The notes beneath the pieces were generated by a model. That model saw nothing but the letters and a program-made list of their open reading frames with translations. It did not search any database and was not told where the DNA came from. From a virus (Duplodnaviria; Heunggongvirae; Uroviricota; Caudoviricetes), in the IMG/VR virus record IMGVR_UViG_3300033463_000034: a stretch of DNA of 64,000 nt; one strand, given 5' to 3'. Positions 9,890 through 20,854 of the stretch are shown piece after piece; within the stretch, counting starts at the first letter, position 1, and every line of letters starts with the position of its first letter. Position numbers and translations under genes: made by a program.

Positions 9890-10159
9890 ATGTTAAAACC
9901 AAATAGTATAACAGTTTACAATTATGTAAAAGAAAATCAAGCAAATAATATTACAGCTGCAGATATCGCTGAAGGAACTGGATTACCAGTAAGAACAATC
10001 AATGGTATCGTTACATCAGCATTCCAAAGAAAAGGTTTAATGGAAAGAATCGAAAAAGAAGTTGAATTAGAAGATGGTTCACACAAAAAAGTAAAATTCA
10101 TTAAATTAACTGCTGAAGGTGAAGCTTTCGATCCAGAAGCAACTGAAGACGCTGAATAA
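9890..10159 (+). CDS. small winged-helix-like DNA-binding protein with acidic tail
   Basis: RBS AGGAGAAG upstream. HTH-like ITAADIAEGTGLPVRTINGIV. Codon usage differs from neighbours (atc, ttc, ggt, cgt). Followed by a terminator. Confidence 0.5.
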   Translation: MLKPNSITVYNYVKENQANNITAADIAEGTGLPVRTINGIVTSAFQRKGLMERIEKEVELEDGSHKKVKFIKLTAEGEAFDPEATEDAE

Positions 10160-10178
10160 TTTTAATTATATAATAAAG

Positions 10179-10212
10179 AAAGCTAAATATTTATTTAGCT
10201 TTTTTATTTTAG
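10179..10212 (+). terminator. intrinsic terminator
   Basis: Stem aaagctaaata/tatttagcttt followed by a T-run. Confidence 0.6.
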
Positions 10213-10218
10213 AAAGGA

Positions 10219-11157
10219 TTGATTAATATAAAAGATTTTATTACAATATTTTTCTTTATTACAACAATAATATTATTTATTATATTATTATGTAAAAAAT
10301 ATAAAATTAATGAAATTAATAAAAATATTGAATTAGAAAATGAAAAATTATTAAAAAATAAAGATAATATTATAAATGAAATAAAAATTTTAAATATAAC
10401 AAAAGAAGAAAAAAATAAAGATTTACAAGAGATAGAAAAAATTACAAATAATATGAATGCGGCCGCTCATAAAGCATTTTCTGAATACTGTGATTCTTTA
10501 GATTCAGAATATAAAATTACTGAACAAGAACATGATGCAGCAATTGATGGATTAAGAACTGCATATGATAATCTTCAAGATATATTAATGATGAAAATTA
10601 AAAATACTCAAAAAGAATTAGATAAAATTTCTGCAACCCGTGCTGCCGCATTAGAAACTCAATTAAAAGAACAAGAAATAAAAAATAAACAATCTTTCTA
10701 TTGTCCGCAAATTCCTGAAGATGAATTAAAAGATGTTAAAGTTTTACATGAAATAGAATATAAATTAAATAATCCAAGAATATTAAGAATGCTTATATGA
10801 CAAACATATTATCAAAAACCTATGAATCAAGTTTGTGCAAATGTATTAGGAGATGCATCCGCAGAAAAATGCGGTATATATAAAATAACAAATCAAAAAA
10901 ACGATTTATTATATATAGGTCAAGCTGTTGATATTGCTACTCGTTGAAAAAATCATGCTAAAGCAGGTTTAGGAATAGATACTCCTGCAAATAATAAATT
11001 ATATAAAGCAATTATAGAAGATGGGCTTGAAAATTTTTCTTTTGAATTATTAGAAGAATGTAATAGAGATCAACTTAATGAAAAAGAAAAATTTTATATA
11101 AAATTATATCAATCTGATCAATTTGGATATAATTCTAATTCAGGTATAAATAAGTAA
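10219..11157 (+). CDS. membrane-anchored coiled-coil protein with C-terminal GIY-YIG nuclease domain (TTG start, 2 in-frame TGA)
   Basis: N-terminal TM FITIFFFITTIILFIILL and a long K/E coiled coil. C-terminal GIYKITNQKNDLLYIGQAVDIATRW(TGA)KNH...E..FYIKLY. Confidence 0.5.
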
Positions 11158-11178
11158 TTTGATAATTACTTATTTTTT
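11150..11178 (+). terminator. intrinsic terminator
   Basis: Stem aagtaatt/aattactt with loop tgat, followed by a T-run. Confidence 0.5.
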
Positions 11179-11222
11179 AAGTATAATAATTATATAAATA
11201 AAATAATAAAAAATAAATAAAT

Positions 11223-11251
11223 TTGACAATTATGAATTTTTTTATTATAAT
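11223..11251 (+). promoter_or_regulatory. consensus promoter TTGACA-17-TATAAT
   Basis: Perfect hexamers 17 nt apart. Confidence 0.65.
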
Positions 11252-11328
11252 ATTTATAGAAATAATGAAATCATAAGATAAATTAAATGAAATGAAGTTA
11301 TTTTAAAAGAAATAGGAGGAAAAATTAA

Positions 11329-12273
11329 ATGAGAAAACCACAAAATACAGAAAAAATTATTGGAAGAATTTATCAACATGATTTAGCTATAAAACAAGTT
11401 CAAAATAAAGATTCAGAGAACTTTGGAAAAGATTTTATAGCTGGAAATATTGAAGTAGCAACTGATGAAGAATGTTTAAATGTTATTAAAGTACATTTTA
11501 CATATGTTACACCAACAAATAAAACTGGAGCAGAAAATAAAACTTATACAGTTTTAAAGAAAATTATTGATGAAAATAAAACTATCACTTCAGTAGGAAA
11601 AGATAGTGCTATGAAAGTAAGAATTGATACTGCAATAGCATTAAATGATTTTTATAATAATAATGATGAATTAGTATCAGCAAAAACTAATGAAGGTGGA
11701 TTTGTTACTATTATAAATGATTTAGGAGAAGAAAAAGAAAGAAATATCTTCTCAGTAGATATGGTTATCACTGGAGTTACTCATGTAGATAAAGATGATG
11801 AAAAGAAAACTGAAGAATATGCATCTGTAAGAGGAGCAATATTTAATTTTAGAAATGATTTATTACCTGTTGAATTTAAAGTAAAAAGTTCTGATGGTAT
11901 TAAATATTTTGAAAATTTAGGTGCATCTAACTCAGAACCTATTTATACAAAAGTATGGGGAAAAATTATATCTGCAACTAGTACAACAACTCAAGAGGTT
12001 GAAAGTGCATTTGGAGAACCTGCAGTAAGAACTTATAGAAATACAAATAAAGAATGGGTTATTACAGGAACAGCAAAAGTTGCTTATGATTTTGGTGATG
12101 AAAATATATTAACAGCTCAAGAATTAACAAAAGCAATGCAAGATAGAGAAGTTTATTTAGCAGATGTTAAAAAAAGAGCTGAAGAATATAAAACAACAAA
12201 AGCTAGCTCTACTCCTGCAGCATCAAGTACAACTACAACAATAACAGGAAAAAAAGCCGATTTTAATTTTTAA
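11329..12273 (+). CDS. putative ssDNA-binding protein (DUF2815-like phage SSB)
   Basis: RBS AGGAGGAA upstream. Sits immediately upstream of a Sak4-like ATPase. Low-complexity tail ends ...ADFNF (aromatic C-terminus). Function is inferred from context. Confidence 0.4.
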   Translation: MRKPQNTEKIIGRIYQHDLAIKQVQNKDSENFGKDFIAGNIEVATDEECLNVIKVHFTYVTPTNKTGAENKTYTVLKKIIDENKTITSVGKDSAMKVRIDTAIALNDFYNNNDELVSAKTNEGGFVTIINDLGEEKERNIFSVDMVITGVTHVDKDDEKKTEEYASVRGAIFNFRNDLLPVEFKVKSSDGIKYFENLGASNSEPIYTKVWGKIISATSTTTQEVESAFGEPAVRTYRNTNKEWVITGTAKVAYDFGDENILTAQELTKAMQDREVYLADVKKRAEEYKTTKASSTPAASSTTTTITGKKADFNF

Positions 12274-12285
12274 TATCGGCTTCTT
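12253..12285 (+). terminator. intrinsic terminator
   Basis: Stem aagccgatttt/atcggctt followed by cttatttt. Confidence 0.45.
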
Positions 12286-12307
12286 ATTTTAAGAAAGGAG
12301 AAAGAAA

Positions 12308-13333
12308 ATGGCTATAGATTTAATGAATTTAGCACCTCATAAAGTTAGTAGAGATTTACGCGGATATAGTGTATTCTTTTATGGAGAACCTAAAAGCGGT
12401 AAAACAACAACTGCCGCACATTTTCCTGAAGCTTTACTTTTAGCTTTTGAAAAGGGATATAATGCTATTCCTGGAATTATGGCTCAACCAATAAATTCAT
12501 GGAGTGAATTTAAACAAACTTTAAGAGAATTAAAAAAACAAGAAGTAAAAGATAAATTCTCAACTATTATTATTGATACAGTTGATATTGCTTATGATTA
12601 TTGTACTAAATATATTTGTGATAATGCAAAAAGATCTGATGGAGGATTTGGAGTAGATTCAATTAGCGATATTGGATATGGAAAAGGTTATGGTATGGTT
12701 AGTCAAGAATTTGATGATAGTCTTCGTAGTATTGTTCAAATGGATTATGGTCTAGTTCTTATTAGTCATGCAACTGATAAAACTTTCAAAAATGAGAGTG
12801 GAGAAGAATATAATCAAATAGTTCCAACATTAGATAAAAGAGGAACTAATATTGTATCTCGTATGGCAGATATTATTGGTTATTCAAGAGTAGTAACTAC
12901 TGATGAAGGAGATAAAACAATGTTATTTATGAGAGGTACAAATAGATATATGGCTGGAAGTAGATTTAAATATACTCCAGATTATATTGAATTCTCATAT
13001 AAAAATCTTACAGATGCTATTGCAAATGCAATAGATATGCAATCTAAAGAAGAAGGAGAACAATATTTTACTGAAGAAAGAAGTAATTTATATGCTCCTA
13101 AAGATAATGAATTGGATTTTGATAAACTAATGGTTGAATTTCAAAATTGTATTAATCGCATGATAGCAAAAGCTGGAGATAAATTTGAATCAGAATATAC
13201 TCCAAGAATTACTCAAATAACTGAAAAATATTTAGGACGCGGTAATAAAGTAAGTCAATGTTCAAGAGAACAAGTTGAAGCATTATCATTAATAGTTGAA
13301 GATTTAAAAGATTTAGAAAAAATTAATATTTAA
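12308..13333 (+). CDS. Sak4-like RecA-family ATPase (AAA_24 recombination protein)
   Basis: Walker A GEPKSGKTT and Walker B IIIDTVD. Overall AAA_24/Sak4-like layout. Confidence 0.65.
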   Translation: MAIDLMNLAPHKVSRDLRGYSVFFYGEPKSGKTTTAAHFPEALLLAFEKGYNAIPGIMAQPINSWSEFKQTLRELKKQEVKDKFSTIIIDTVDIAYDYCTKYICDNAKRSDGGFGVDSISDIGYGKGYGMVSQEFDDSLRSIVQMDYGLVLISHATDKTFKNESGEEYNQIVPTLDKRGTNIVSRMADIIGYSRVVTTDEGDKTMLFMRGTNRYMAGSRFKYTPDYIEFSYKNLTDAIANAIDMQSKEEGEQYFTEERSNLYAPKDNELDFDKLMVEFQNCINRMIAKAGDKFESEYTPRITQITEKYLGRGNKVSQCSREQVEALSLIVEDLKDLEKINI

Positions 13334-13342
13334 TTTTATTTA

Positions 13343-13376
13343 TAAACGCCCTTTAGGAGCGTTTTTTGATTTTTTA
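13343..13376 (+). terminator. intrinsic terminator
   Basis: Stem aacgccc/agcgtt followed by ttttgatttttt. Confidence 0.45.
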
Positions 13377-13394
13377 AGAAATAAAAGTTATAAT
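13366..13394 (+). promoter_or_regulatory. promoter TTGATT-17-TATAAT
   Basis: Hexamers at 13366-13371 and 13389-13394. Confidence 0.5.
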
Positions 13395-13425
13395 ATAAAA
13401 AAGAGAAATATAAGGAGGTGCGGAA

Positions 13426-13929
13426 ATGGCAAAATTATTAGCAAAATGTTTTTATTGCGGAGAACAATTTGATCGTAATCAAGAAGAATGAATTGCGATA
13501 AATGCTCGTAGATATGCACATAAAAAATGTTATGATTTGGCTGAATCTGGTAAAACTCAAGATGAAAAAGATTATGAAGCTTTAATTAGTTATATTAAAC
13601 AAAAATTTTGTATTTCAACTATTTCCGCAAAAATAACTAGACAAATTACAGATTATAAAAAACAATATGGTTTTACTTATAGTGGAATGTTAAAAGCATT
13701 AATATGGTGGTTTGATATTAAAAAAAATAGTTTAGAAGGTACTAATGGTGGAATTGGTATTTTACCTTATATTTATAACGATGCTAAAACCTATTATTAT
13801 GGATTATATATGGCTAAATTATATAATGAAGATAAAATTATCCATAATAAAATTGAAGAGGTTGAGATAGCTCCGCCTCAAGTATATGTACAACCGCCAC
13901 GATTATTTAAATTAGAGGAGGATGAATAA
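13426..13929 (+). CDS. zinc-finger protein, possible helicase loader or accessory (1 in-frame TGA)
   Basis: RBS AAGGAGG upstream. CFYCGEQF...RYAHKKC Zn-finger-like N-terminus. Sits upstream of the DnaB-like helicase. Confidence 0.4.
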
Positions 13930-13930
13930 T

Positions 13931-15469
13931 ATGAAGTCAAAATATATAGATATTCCATCAACAATTCAAGTTATTGGAAATATATTTAATAATCCAAATC
14001 TATTAGATAATGAAAAATATACTTTTTTAGAAGAAGATTTTCCTAATGAATTTCATAAAATAATTTTTGGTTCTATATACAATCTTCATATGATGGGAGC
14101 AAAAGAAATTACAATTAATGCTGTTGAAGATTATTTGTATAATAGACCTACTTCTTATGGAATTTATCAAAATAATAAAGGAAATGAATATTTACAAAAA
14201 TTATCTGAAGAAATACAATTATCTACTTTTGATTATTATTATAATCGTTTGAAAAAAATGACATTATTAAGAGAATATGATAAAATAGGTTTAGATTTAA
14301 AATGGTTATATGATCCAGATAATATTTTAGATAGTAAAAAGAAACAAGCTCAAGAAGATTGGTTTGATAATACATCTCTTGAATCAATGGCAGAAATAAT
14401 AGATAGAAAAATAACAGATATAAAATTAAAATATGTAGATGGAACAGATGAAGAATATGTTCAAGCTGGAGATAATATTGATGAACTTATTGATAGATTA
14501 CAAAAAAATCCAGAAATAGGATATCCATTATATGGACCTCTTATTAATACAGTAACTCGCGGAGCAAGATTAAAGAAATTATATCTTCGTAGTGCAGCAA
14601 CAGGTGTTGGTAAGACTCGTGCTATGATTGCAGATGCTTGTAATATAGCCTGCGATCAAATATATAATTTAGAAACTAATCAATGGGAACTTAATGGAAC
14701 AAAAGAACCTACATTATTTATTACAACAGAACAAGAAGTTGATGAAATACAAACAATGATGTTAGCTTTTTTAAGTGGAGTTAATGAAGCACATATTATT
14801 TATAATAAATATGAAACAGGAGAGTTAGAAAGAGTTATACAAGCAGCAAAACTTATTAAAACATCTCCGCTTCATATAAAAAGATTACCTGATTTTAGTT
14901 TACAAGATATTGAAAATGCAATTAAATTTGGTATTCATGAATGGGGTATTAGATATGTATTTTTTGATTATTTACATACTTCATTAAAAATATTAGGTGA
15001 AGTATCATCTAAAGCAGGAATAAAAGGATTAAGAGAAGATAATGTATTATTTATGATAGCAATAAGATTAAAAGATATTTGTAATGAATATGGTGTATTT
15101 ATTATGACAGCAACTCAATTAAATGCAGAATATACAACAGCTCAACAATATGACCAAAATTTATTAAGAGGTGCTAAATCTATTGCTGATAAAATTGACT
15201 ATGGTGCTATTATGCTTCAAACATCACAAGAAGATAAAGATGCATTAAAACCTATATTAGTAAAACAAAATCTTCCAGAACCAATAATAAAAATATCTAT
15301 ATATAAAAATAGACGTGGGCAATATAAAGATATATTATTATGGTGCAAAGCAGATAGAGGAACTTGTAGAATAGAACCTATGTTTGCTACTGATTATCAA
15401 TATCAAATTATTGATTTACCTGACTTAAAAATTAAAATTAATCCAAATATAAGTAGTAGTGCATTTTAG
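13931..15469 (+). CDS. DnaB-family replicative DNA helicase
   Basis: Walker A RSAATGVGKT, with DnaB-like N-terminal and RecA-fold regions. Confidence 0.75.
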   Translation: MKSKYIDIPSTIQVIGNIFNNPNLLDNEKYTFLEEDFPNEFHKIIFGSIYNLHMMGAKEITINAVEDYLYNRPTSYGIYQNNKGNEYLQKLSEEIQLSTFDYYYNRLKKMTLLREYDKIGLDLKWLYDPDNILDSKKKQAQEDWFDNTSLESMAEIIDRKITDIKLKYVDGTDEEYVQAGDNIDELIDRLQKNPEIGYPLYGPLINTVTRGARLKKLYLRSAATGVGKTRAMIADACNIACDQIYNLETNQWELNGTKEPTLFITTEQEVDEIQTMMLAFLSGVNEAHIIYNKYETGELERVIQAAKLIKTSPLHIKRLPDFSLQDIENAIKFGIHEWGIRYVFFDYLHTSLKILGEVSSKAGIKGLREDNVLFMIAIRLKDICNEYGVFIMTATQLNAEYTTAQQYDQNLLRGAKSIADKIDYGAIMLQTSQEDKDALKPILVKQNLPEPIIKISIYKNRRGQYKDILLWCKADRGTCRIEPMFATDYQYQIIDLPDLKIKINPNISSSAF

Positions 15470-15486
15470 GAAGGAGGATTGCGGCA

Positions 15487-16584
15487 ATGGATGATAAAGA
15501 AAGATTAGAAGAAATAAAAAATAATTTATCAATAGAACAAATTTTTGATTTATTATTAACTTTAGGTGCAGATCCAATTCAACATGGAGATTTAATAGTA
15601 TGTCGTACTATATGTCATGGCGGATCTAGTCATAAATTATATTATTATGAAAATACGCATCTTTTTCGTTGTTATACAGAATGTTCAGATACTTTTGATA
15701 TATTTGAATTAATAGTAAAAATTGAAACATCATGCGGCCGCAAATTCTCATTACCTCAAGCATTAAATTATATAATAAATTATTTTAATTTAAGCATAGA
15801 AACTAAAAATTTTGAAAAAAATGATGACCAATTAATAGATTGGCAAATTTTAAGTAGATATAATAAAATTTTAAATAAAGAAAATAATGAAAATAAAAAA
15901 GTAGAAATAAAAATTTATGATGATAAAATATTATCATATTTACCTCATCCTCGTATACTACCTTGGGAGCAAGAAGGAATCACAAAAGAAGTAATTAAAT
16001 ATCATAATATATGCTATAATCCTTCTTCTCAAGCTATTGTTATTCCTCATTATAATATTAATAATGAATTAATAGGTATAAGAGAAAGAACTTTAATTAA
16101 AGAAAATGAAATTTATGGAAAATATAGACCTATGTATTTAAATCATCAAATGTATAATCACCCATTAGGTTTTAATTTATATAATATAAATTTTAGTAAA
16201 GATAATATAAAAAGAATTAAGAAAGCTATTGTCTTTGAAGGTGAGAAAAGTCCTCTTTTATTCGCATCCTATTTTGGACAAGAAAATGATATAACAGTAG
16301 CAGTATGTGGAAGTTCATTATCTTTATATCAAGTTCAGTTATTATTAGATCTTGGAATTGAAGAATTAATTATTGCATTTGATAAACAGTTTCAAGAACT
16401 TGGTGATAAAGAACATGGCGGTTGGGTAAAAAAATTAAAAGAGATTAATAAAAAATATAGTAAATATGTTTATATAACTTATATGTTTGATAAATGAAAT
16501 ATATTAAGTTATAAATCTAGTCCGATAGATGAAGGTAAAGAAAAATTTTTAGAATTATTTGAAAAAAGATTTAGTATAGAATAG
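15487..16584 (+). CDS. DNA primase (CHC2 zinc finger plus Toprim; 1 in-frame TGA at 16495)
   Basis: CRTICHGG..H..FRCYTEC zinc finger and a Toprim-like VFEGEKS. The reading frame continues past TGA to TAG at 16582. Confidence 0.65.
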
Positions 16585-16598
16585 GAGAAGATTATTAA

Positions 16599-18404
16599 AT
16601 GAAATATAAACTTATAAAAGAAATAGATCCAAATTTAAGTCCTATTCAAGTTATTTTATTTAATAGAGGAATTAAATTAAGTGAAATTCATCATTATCTT
16701 AATACAACAGATGAAGATATAAATAATGCGGAAATGTTCGGTAAAGACAAATTAGACCTCGCTACTTTAGAATTAGCCAAGGCTATTCAAAATAATAAAG
16801 ACACTTTAGTATTAGTAGACTGCGACTGTGATGGATATACTGCCGCCGCAATACTTATAAATTATTTATATGATTTATTTCCTTCATTTGTTGAAAATCA
16901 TTTAAAATATTATTTACATGAAGATAAAACACATGGATTATCAGATTGTATGGACTATATAGAAGATAATAATTTTGAATTAATTATTATACCTGATGCC
17001 GCAAGCAATGATTATGAATATCATAAAAAATTAAAAGAAGAAGGTAAAACTATTATTATATTAGATCACCATGAAGCACCAAAAGTATCTGAAGATGCTA
17101 TTATTATAAATAATCAATTAAGTGATTATCCAAATAAACAATTATCAGGTGCTGGTGTTGTATGACAATTTTGTAGACATTTTGATAAAATACGTGGCGG
17201 ATTTAATGCAGATCAATATATAGATTTAGCAGCGTTAGGAAATTGCGGAGATATGATGAGTCTTAAATCAATTGAGACTAAGCATATTATAACCAAAGGT
17301 TTCCGTAATGAAAATATTAAAAATCCATTTATATATGGAATGGCTGAAAAAAATAGTTATTCTTTAGGAAATAAAATTACTCCAATTGGAGCAGCATTTT
17401 ATATAGTTCCTTTTATAAATAGTATGGTTAGAAGTGGAACTCTTGAGGAAAAAGAAATATTATTTAAATCAATGTTAAAATCTGAAGCTTTCAAAGAAAT
17501 TCCTTCTAATAAAAGAGGTCATGCTCTAGGAGAAACAGAAAAATTAATAGATCAAGCATTAAGAACAGCAACAAATGTAAAGAGTAGACAAACAAGAGAA
17601 CAAGAGAAAGGTATGACTCTTGTAGAAGATATGATAATAAAAAATAATATGATGGAACATAAAGTATTATTATTTTTACTTGAACCTGGACAAATAGATC
17701 CAAATATTGCAGGTTTAATAGCAAATAAAATTATGGCTAAATATCAAAGACCTACATTAATGTTAATAAAATGTGAAGTTCTTAATCCTAATATTGTATT
17801 AACTTCTAATCCACCAAAACCCTATTATGAAATATATTATCGCGGAAGTGCTCGTGGATATTCTAAATCTGGTATAGATAATTTTAAGGATATATGTCAA
17901 GAAACTGGGTTGGTAGAATATGCAGAAGGACATCAAAATGCATTTGGTATTAGTATAAAAAGAGAATATATAGATAAATTTATAGAACTAACAGATATAA
18001 CACTTAAAGATTTACAAAGTGAACCTTTATATTATGTTGATTATATATTTAAAGGTGTAGATGTAACTCCAAATGTAATATTAGAAATAGCGGGTTTAAA
18101 TGATATATGGGGCCAAGATATGGATGAAAGTTTAATTTGTGTAGAAAATTTAAAAGTAACAAAAGAAAACTTAACTCTTATGTCTCCAGATAAAAAACCT
18201 ACATTAAAAATAATATTACCAAATAAATTATGTTTTATTAAGTTTGGAAGTTCACAAGAAGAATATGAAAAATTATTAAGTGATGGATATATAGAAATTA
18301 ATATTATAGGTAAATGTAATGCTAATGAATGAAATGGAAATGTGACTCCTCAAATATTAATTGAGGATTATGAAATAATAGGACAAAGTAAATATAATTT
18401 TTAG
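16599..18404 (+). CDS. DHH-family phosphoesterase (RecJ-like exonuclease); 2 in-frame TGA
   Basis: DHH motifs VLVDCDCDGYTAAAI and ILDHH. Protein continuity runs across the TGA at 17163 and 18330. Confidence 0.7.
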
Positions 18405-18433
18405 TTGATAAATAAATAAAAATATATTATAAT
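18405..18433 (+). promoter_or_regulatory. promoter TTGATA-17-TATAAT
   Basis: Hexamers at 18405-18410 and 18428-18433. Confidence 0.5.
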
Positions 18434-18456
18434 ATAATTATAAGTAGGAGGTGTAT

Positions 18457-19659
18457 ATGATAGAATTAAATGAAAAACAACTTGAAGGATTAAAATTAGC
18501 AGTTGATAGATATAGAGCTGGAGAAAAATGTACTATAATTGCTGGCTATGCTGGAACTGGTAAGTCAACCCTAGTTAAATTTATTATTGCTGCACTAAAA
18601 GAAGATGGAATTGATCCAGATAAAAATGTTGTATATACATCTTTTACAGGTAAAGCTACACAAGTTTTACAAAAAAAGGGAAATAAAAATGTAAGTACAT
18701 TACATAAATTATTATTTGAACATTATCCTAAGGCAGATGGAACATTTTATCGTGTTCCTGTACCTTCTATTCCATTTAAAATTGTTATTGTAGATGAATG
18801 TAGTATGGTGCCAAAAGATTTATTAAAAAGATTGGCAAGTTATAAAGTTCATATTATATGTTTAGGTGATCCAGGTCAATTACCTCCAATAGATAAAAAT
18901 GAAGATAATCATTTATTAGATATTCCGCATATTTTTCTTGATGAAATTATGCGTCAGGAAGAACAAAGTGAAATTATAAAATTAACTATGGATATAAGAG
19001 AAGGTAAACCTTTAAATCATTTTAAAGGTAAAGAAGTTCAAATTTTAGATGCTGATGAATTAACAACAGGTATGCTAACTTGAGCTGATCAAATTATTTG
19101 TGCAACCAATGCAACTAGAGTCGCTTTAAACAATCAAATGAGAAAATTATTAGGGCGTGGAGACAAACCTGAAGATGGAGATAAAGTAATTTGTTTAAGA
19201 AATTATTGGGATGTATGTAGTGAAGATGGTCAACCATTAGTGAATGGAACTATCGGAACTCTTCAAAATAGTTTTGAAAGTTTTTTAAAAATTCCTAGTT
19301 ATGTTACAAATGGAAGAACTAATAAAATAGATACTATTATTAGTAATTTTAAATCAGATGATGAAATAACTAATTTTAATAATTTATCAATGGATAAAAA
19401 AATGATATTAGATGGAGAACCTAGTTTGAATTGAAAAGAAAGTTTTAAATTAAGTAAAAATAAAAATTATATAAATAGTATTCCATTAAATTTTACTTAT
19501 GGCTATGCAATTACAGGATGGAAAGCTCAGGGTAGTGAATGGGATAATGTATTAGTTATAGAAGAAGGTTTTCCTTTTGATAAAGAAGAACATCAAAAAT
19601 TTTTATATACATGCGCAACTAGAGCAGCTAAAAAACTAGTTATTATTAGAAAGGGTTAG
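18457..19659 (+). CDS. SF1 helicase of the RecD/Dda type (AAA_30 plus UvrD_C); 3 in-frame TGA
   Basis: Walker A GYAGTGKST and DEx motif IVDECSM. The C-terminal RecD-like domain continues across TGA. Confidence 0.7.
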
Positions 19660-19664
19660 GTAAT

Positions 19665-19922
19665 ATGAATAGATATAAAATAAAAGAAGTAAAAGATGAA
19701 AGATGGGCAATTTGGTATATGGATTTTCCTAAAAGAAGAGGTGGAAAGATCGGCTGCTATAAAATTATAGATTTATTTAAACCAACAAGAGAAAAAAAAT
19801 TTGCATTTAGATATTTACCTAGAGAAGGACAAACTCAAGAGCAAAGTGATAATTTAATTATTTTAAATACAATAAATAATTTTTATAAAAAAAGAAATTT
19901 TATAGTAAATAAAGAAGATTAG
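19665..19922 (+). CDS. hypothetical protein
   Basis: 85 aa, no recognisable motif. Confidence 0.4.
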   Translation: MNRYKIKEVKDERWAIWYMDFPKRRGGKIGCYKIIDLFKPTREKKFAFRYLPREGQTQEQSDNLIILNTINNFYKKRNFIVNKED

Positions 19923-19926
19923 CGGA

Positions 19927-19962
19927 AATACTCGATTGATGAAAAATTAATCGAGGTTTTCT
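19927..19962 (+). terminator. intrinsic terminator
   Basis: Stem ctcgatt/aatcgag followed by gttttctt. Confidence 0.45.
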
Positions 19963-19996
19963 TATATTTAAACAATAATTGTAAAGGAGAATATAA

Positions 19997-20311
19997 ATGG
20001 AAAAAATAATTATACCAACTTTTATAGAATATAATGCTTGCCAATTCACTACTGATAATTTAGAAAATTTTTTAAATTTTATTGATGAATATATTTATAA
20101 AACATCTGTAAAAATTACATATAGATATTATAAAGATAAAAATATTCCTGTAAAAATTAGTTTTAAATGAAATCCTTATGAATGAGATAACCCTCCTACA
20201 ATAGAATTAGAACTTAATCAATATTTTATGTATGAAGATGGATATCCAGATAATTATAAAATAATTAATTCAGAAGAAATAAGTGAGGATTGGTATATTC
20301 ATGAAACTTAG
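19997..20311 (+). CDS. hypothetical protein (2 in-frame TGA)
   Basis: RBS AAAGGAGAA upstream. MEKIIIPTFIEYNAC... Confidence 0.4.
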
Positions 20312-20804
20312 ATTATCATATTTTTATCAAATAAGAAATTTTAAACCTAATATGATTCCAATGTCTACAGCTATGTCAGATCCAGCTTGATATCATGATT
20401 TTAAAGATCAAGATCATATATTTATAGATAAAAGAGGGATTCTTAATGGATTGAGACTTAAACCAATAATAGTACAAGGAGTTCATGAAGAAGTTCATTG
20501 CCCTTGTGAAGCTAAAGATCCAACTCAATGTCCATTAACAAAAAACTATGAGTTTGAATTAGAATTAATTGATTTACCTAAAATGATGAAAGGAATAGAA
20601 GATTTTTGTAATGATTATTGTAGAAAAAATAAAATAAAAGAAGAACCTATTGCTGTTTTAATAGTTTATGAAGCTCCTAATAATCCTTGTAGTGAACGAC
20701 ATAGTCTTTTAAAATATTTTAATAATCATGGAATAGAATGTAAAGAACTGGATTATCCAATTAATCAGCCAGTCTCAATGAAAGATGAATCATTTGATTT
20801 TTAG
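20301..20804 (+). CDS. hypothetical Cys-rich protein (1 in-frame TGA)
   Basis: Start overlaps the previous stop (ATGA). Contains HCPCEAKDPTQCP. Confidence 0.4.
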
Positions 20805-20822
20805 ATAAATTTGTTGTATAAT
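20794..20822 (+). promoter_or_regulatory. promoter TTGATT-17-TATAAT upstream of the polymerase gene
   Basis: Hexamers at 20794-20799 and 20817-20822, with TG immediately 5' of the -10 element. Confidence 0.5.
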
Positions 20823-20854
20823 ATATATAGAAAATAAAAGAGGAGGACGAAAAT

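Noticed and set aside
10821-11157. Independent 110-aa GIY-YIG ORF starting at ATG 10821
   Set aside because: There is no RBS, and the frame is continuous with the upstream gene through a single TGA. Kept as the fusion call, with the alternative noted.
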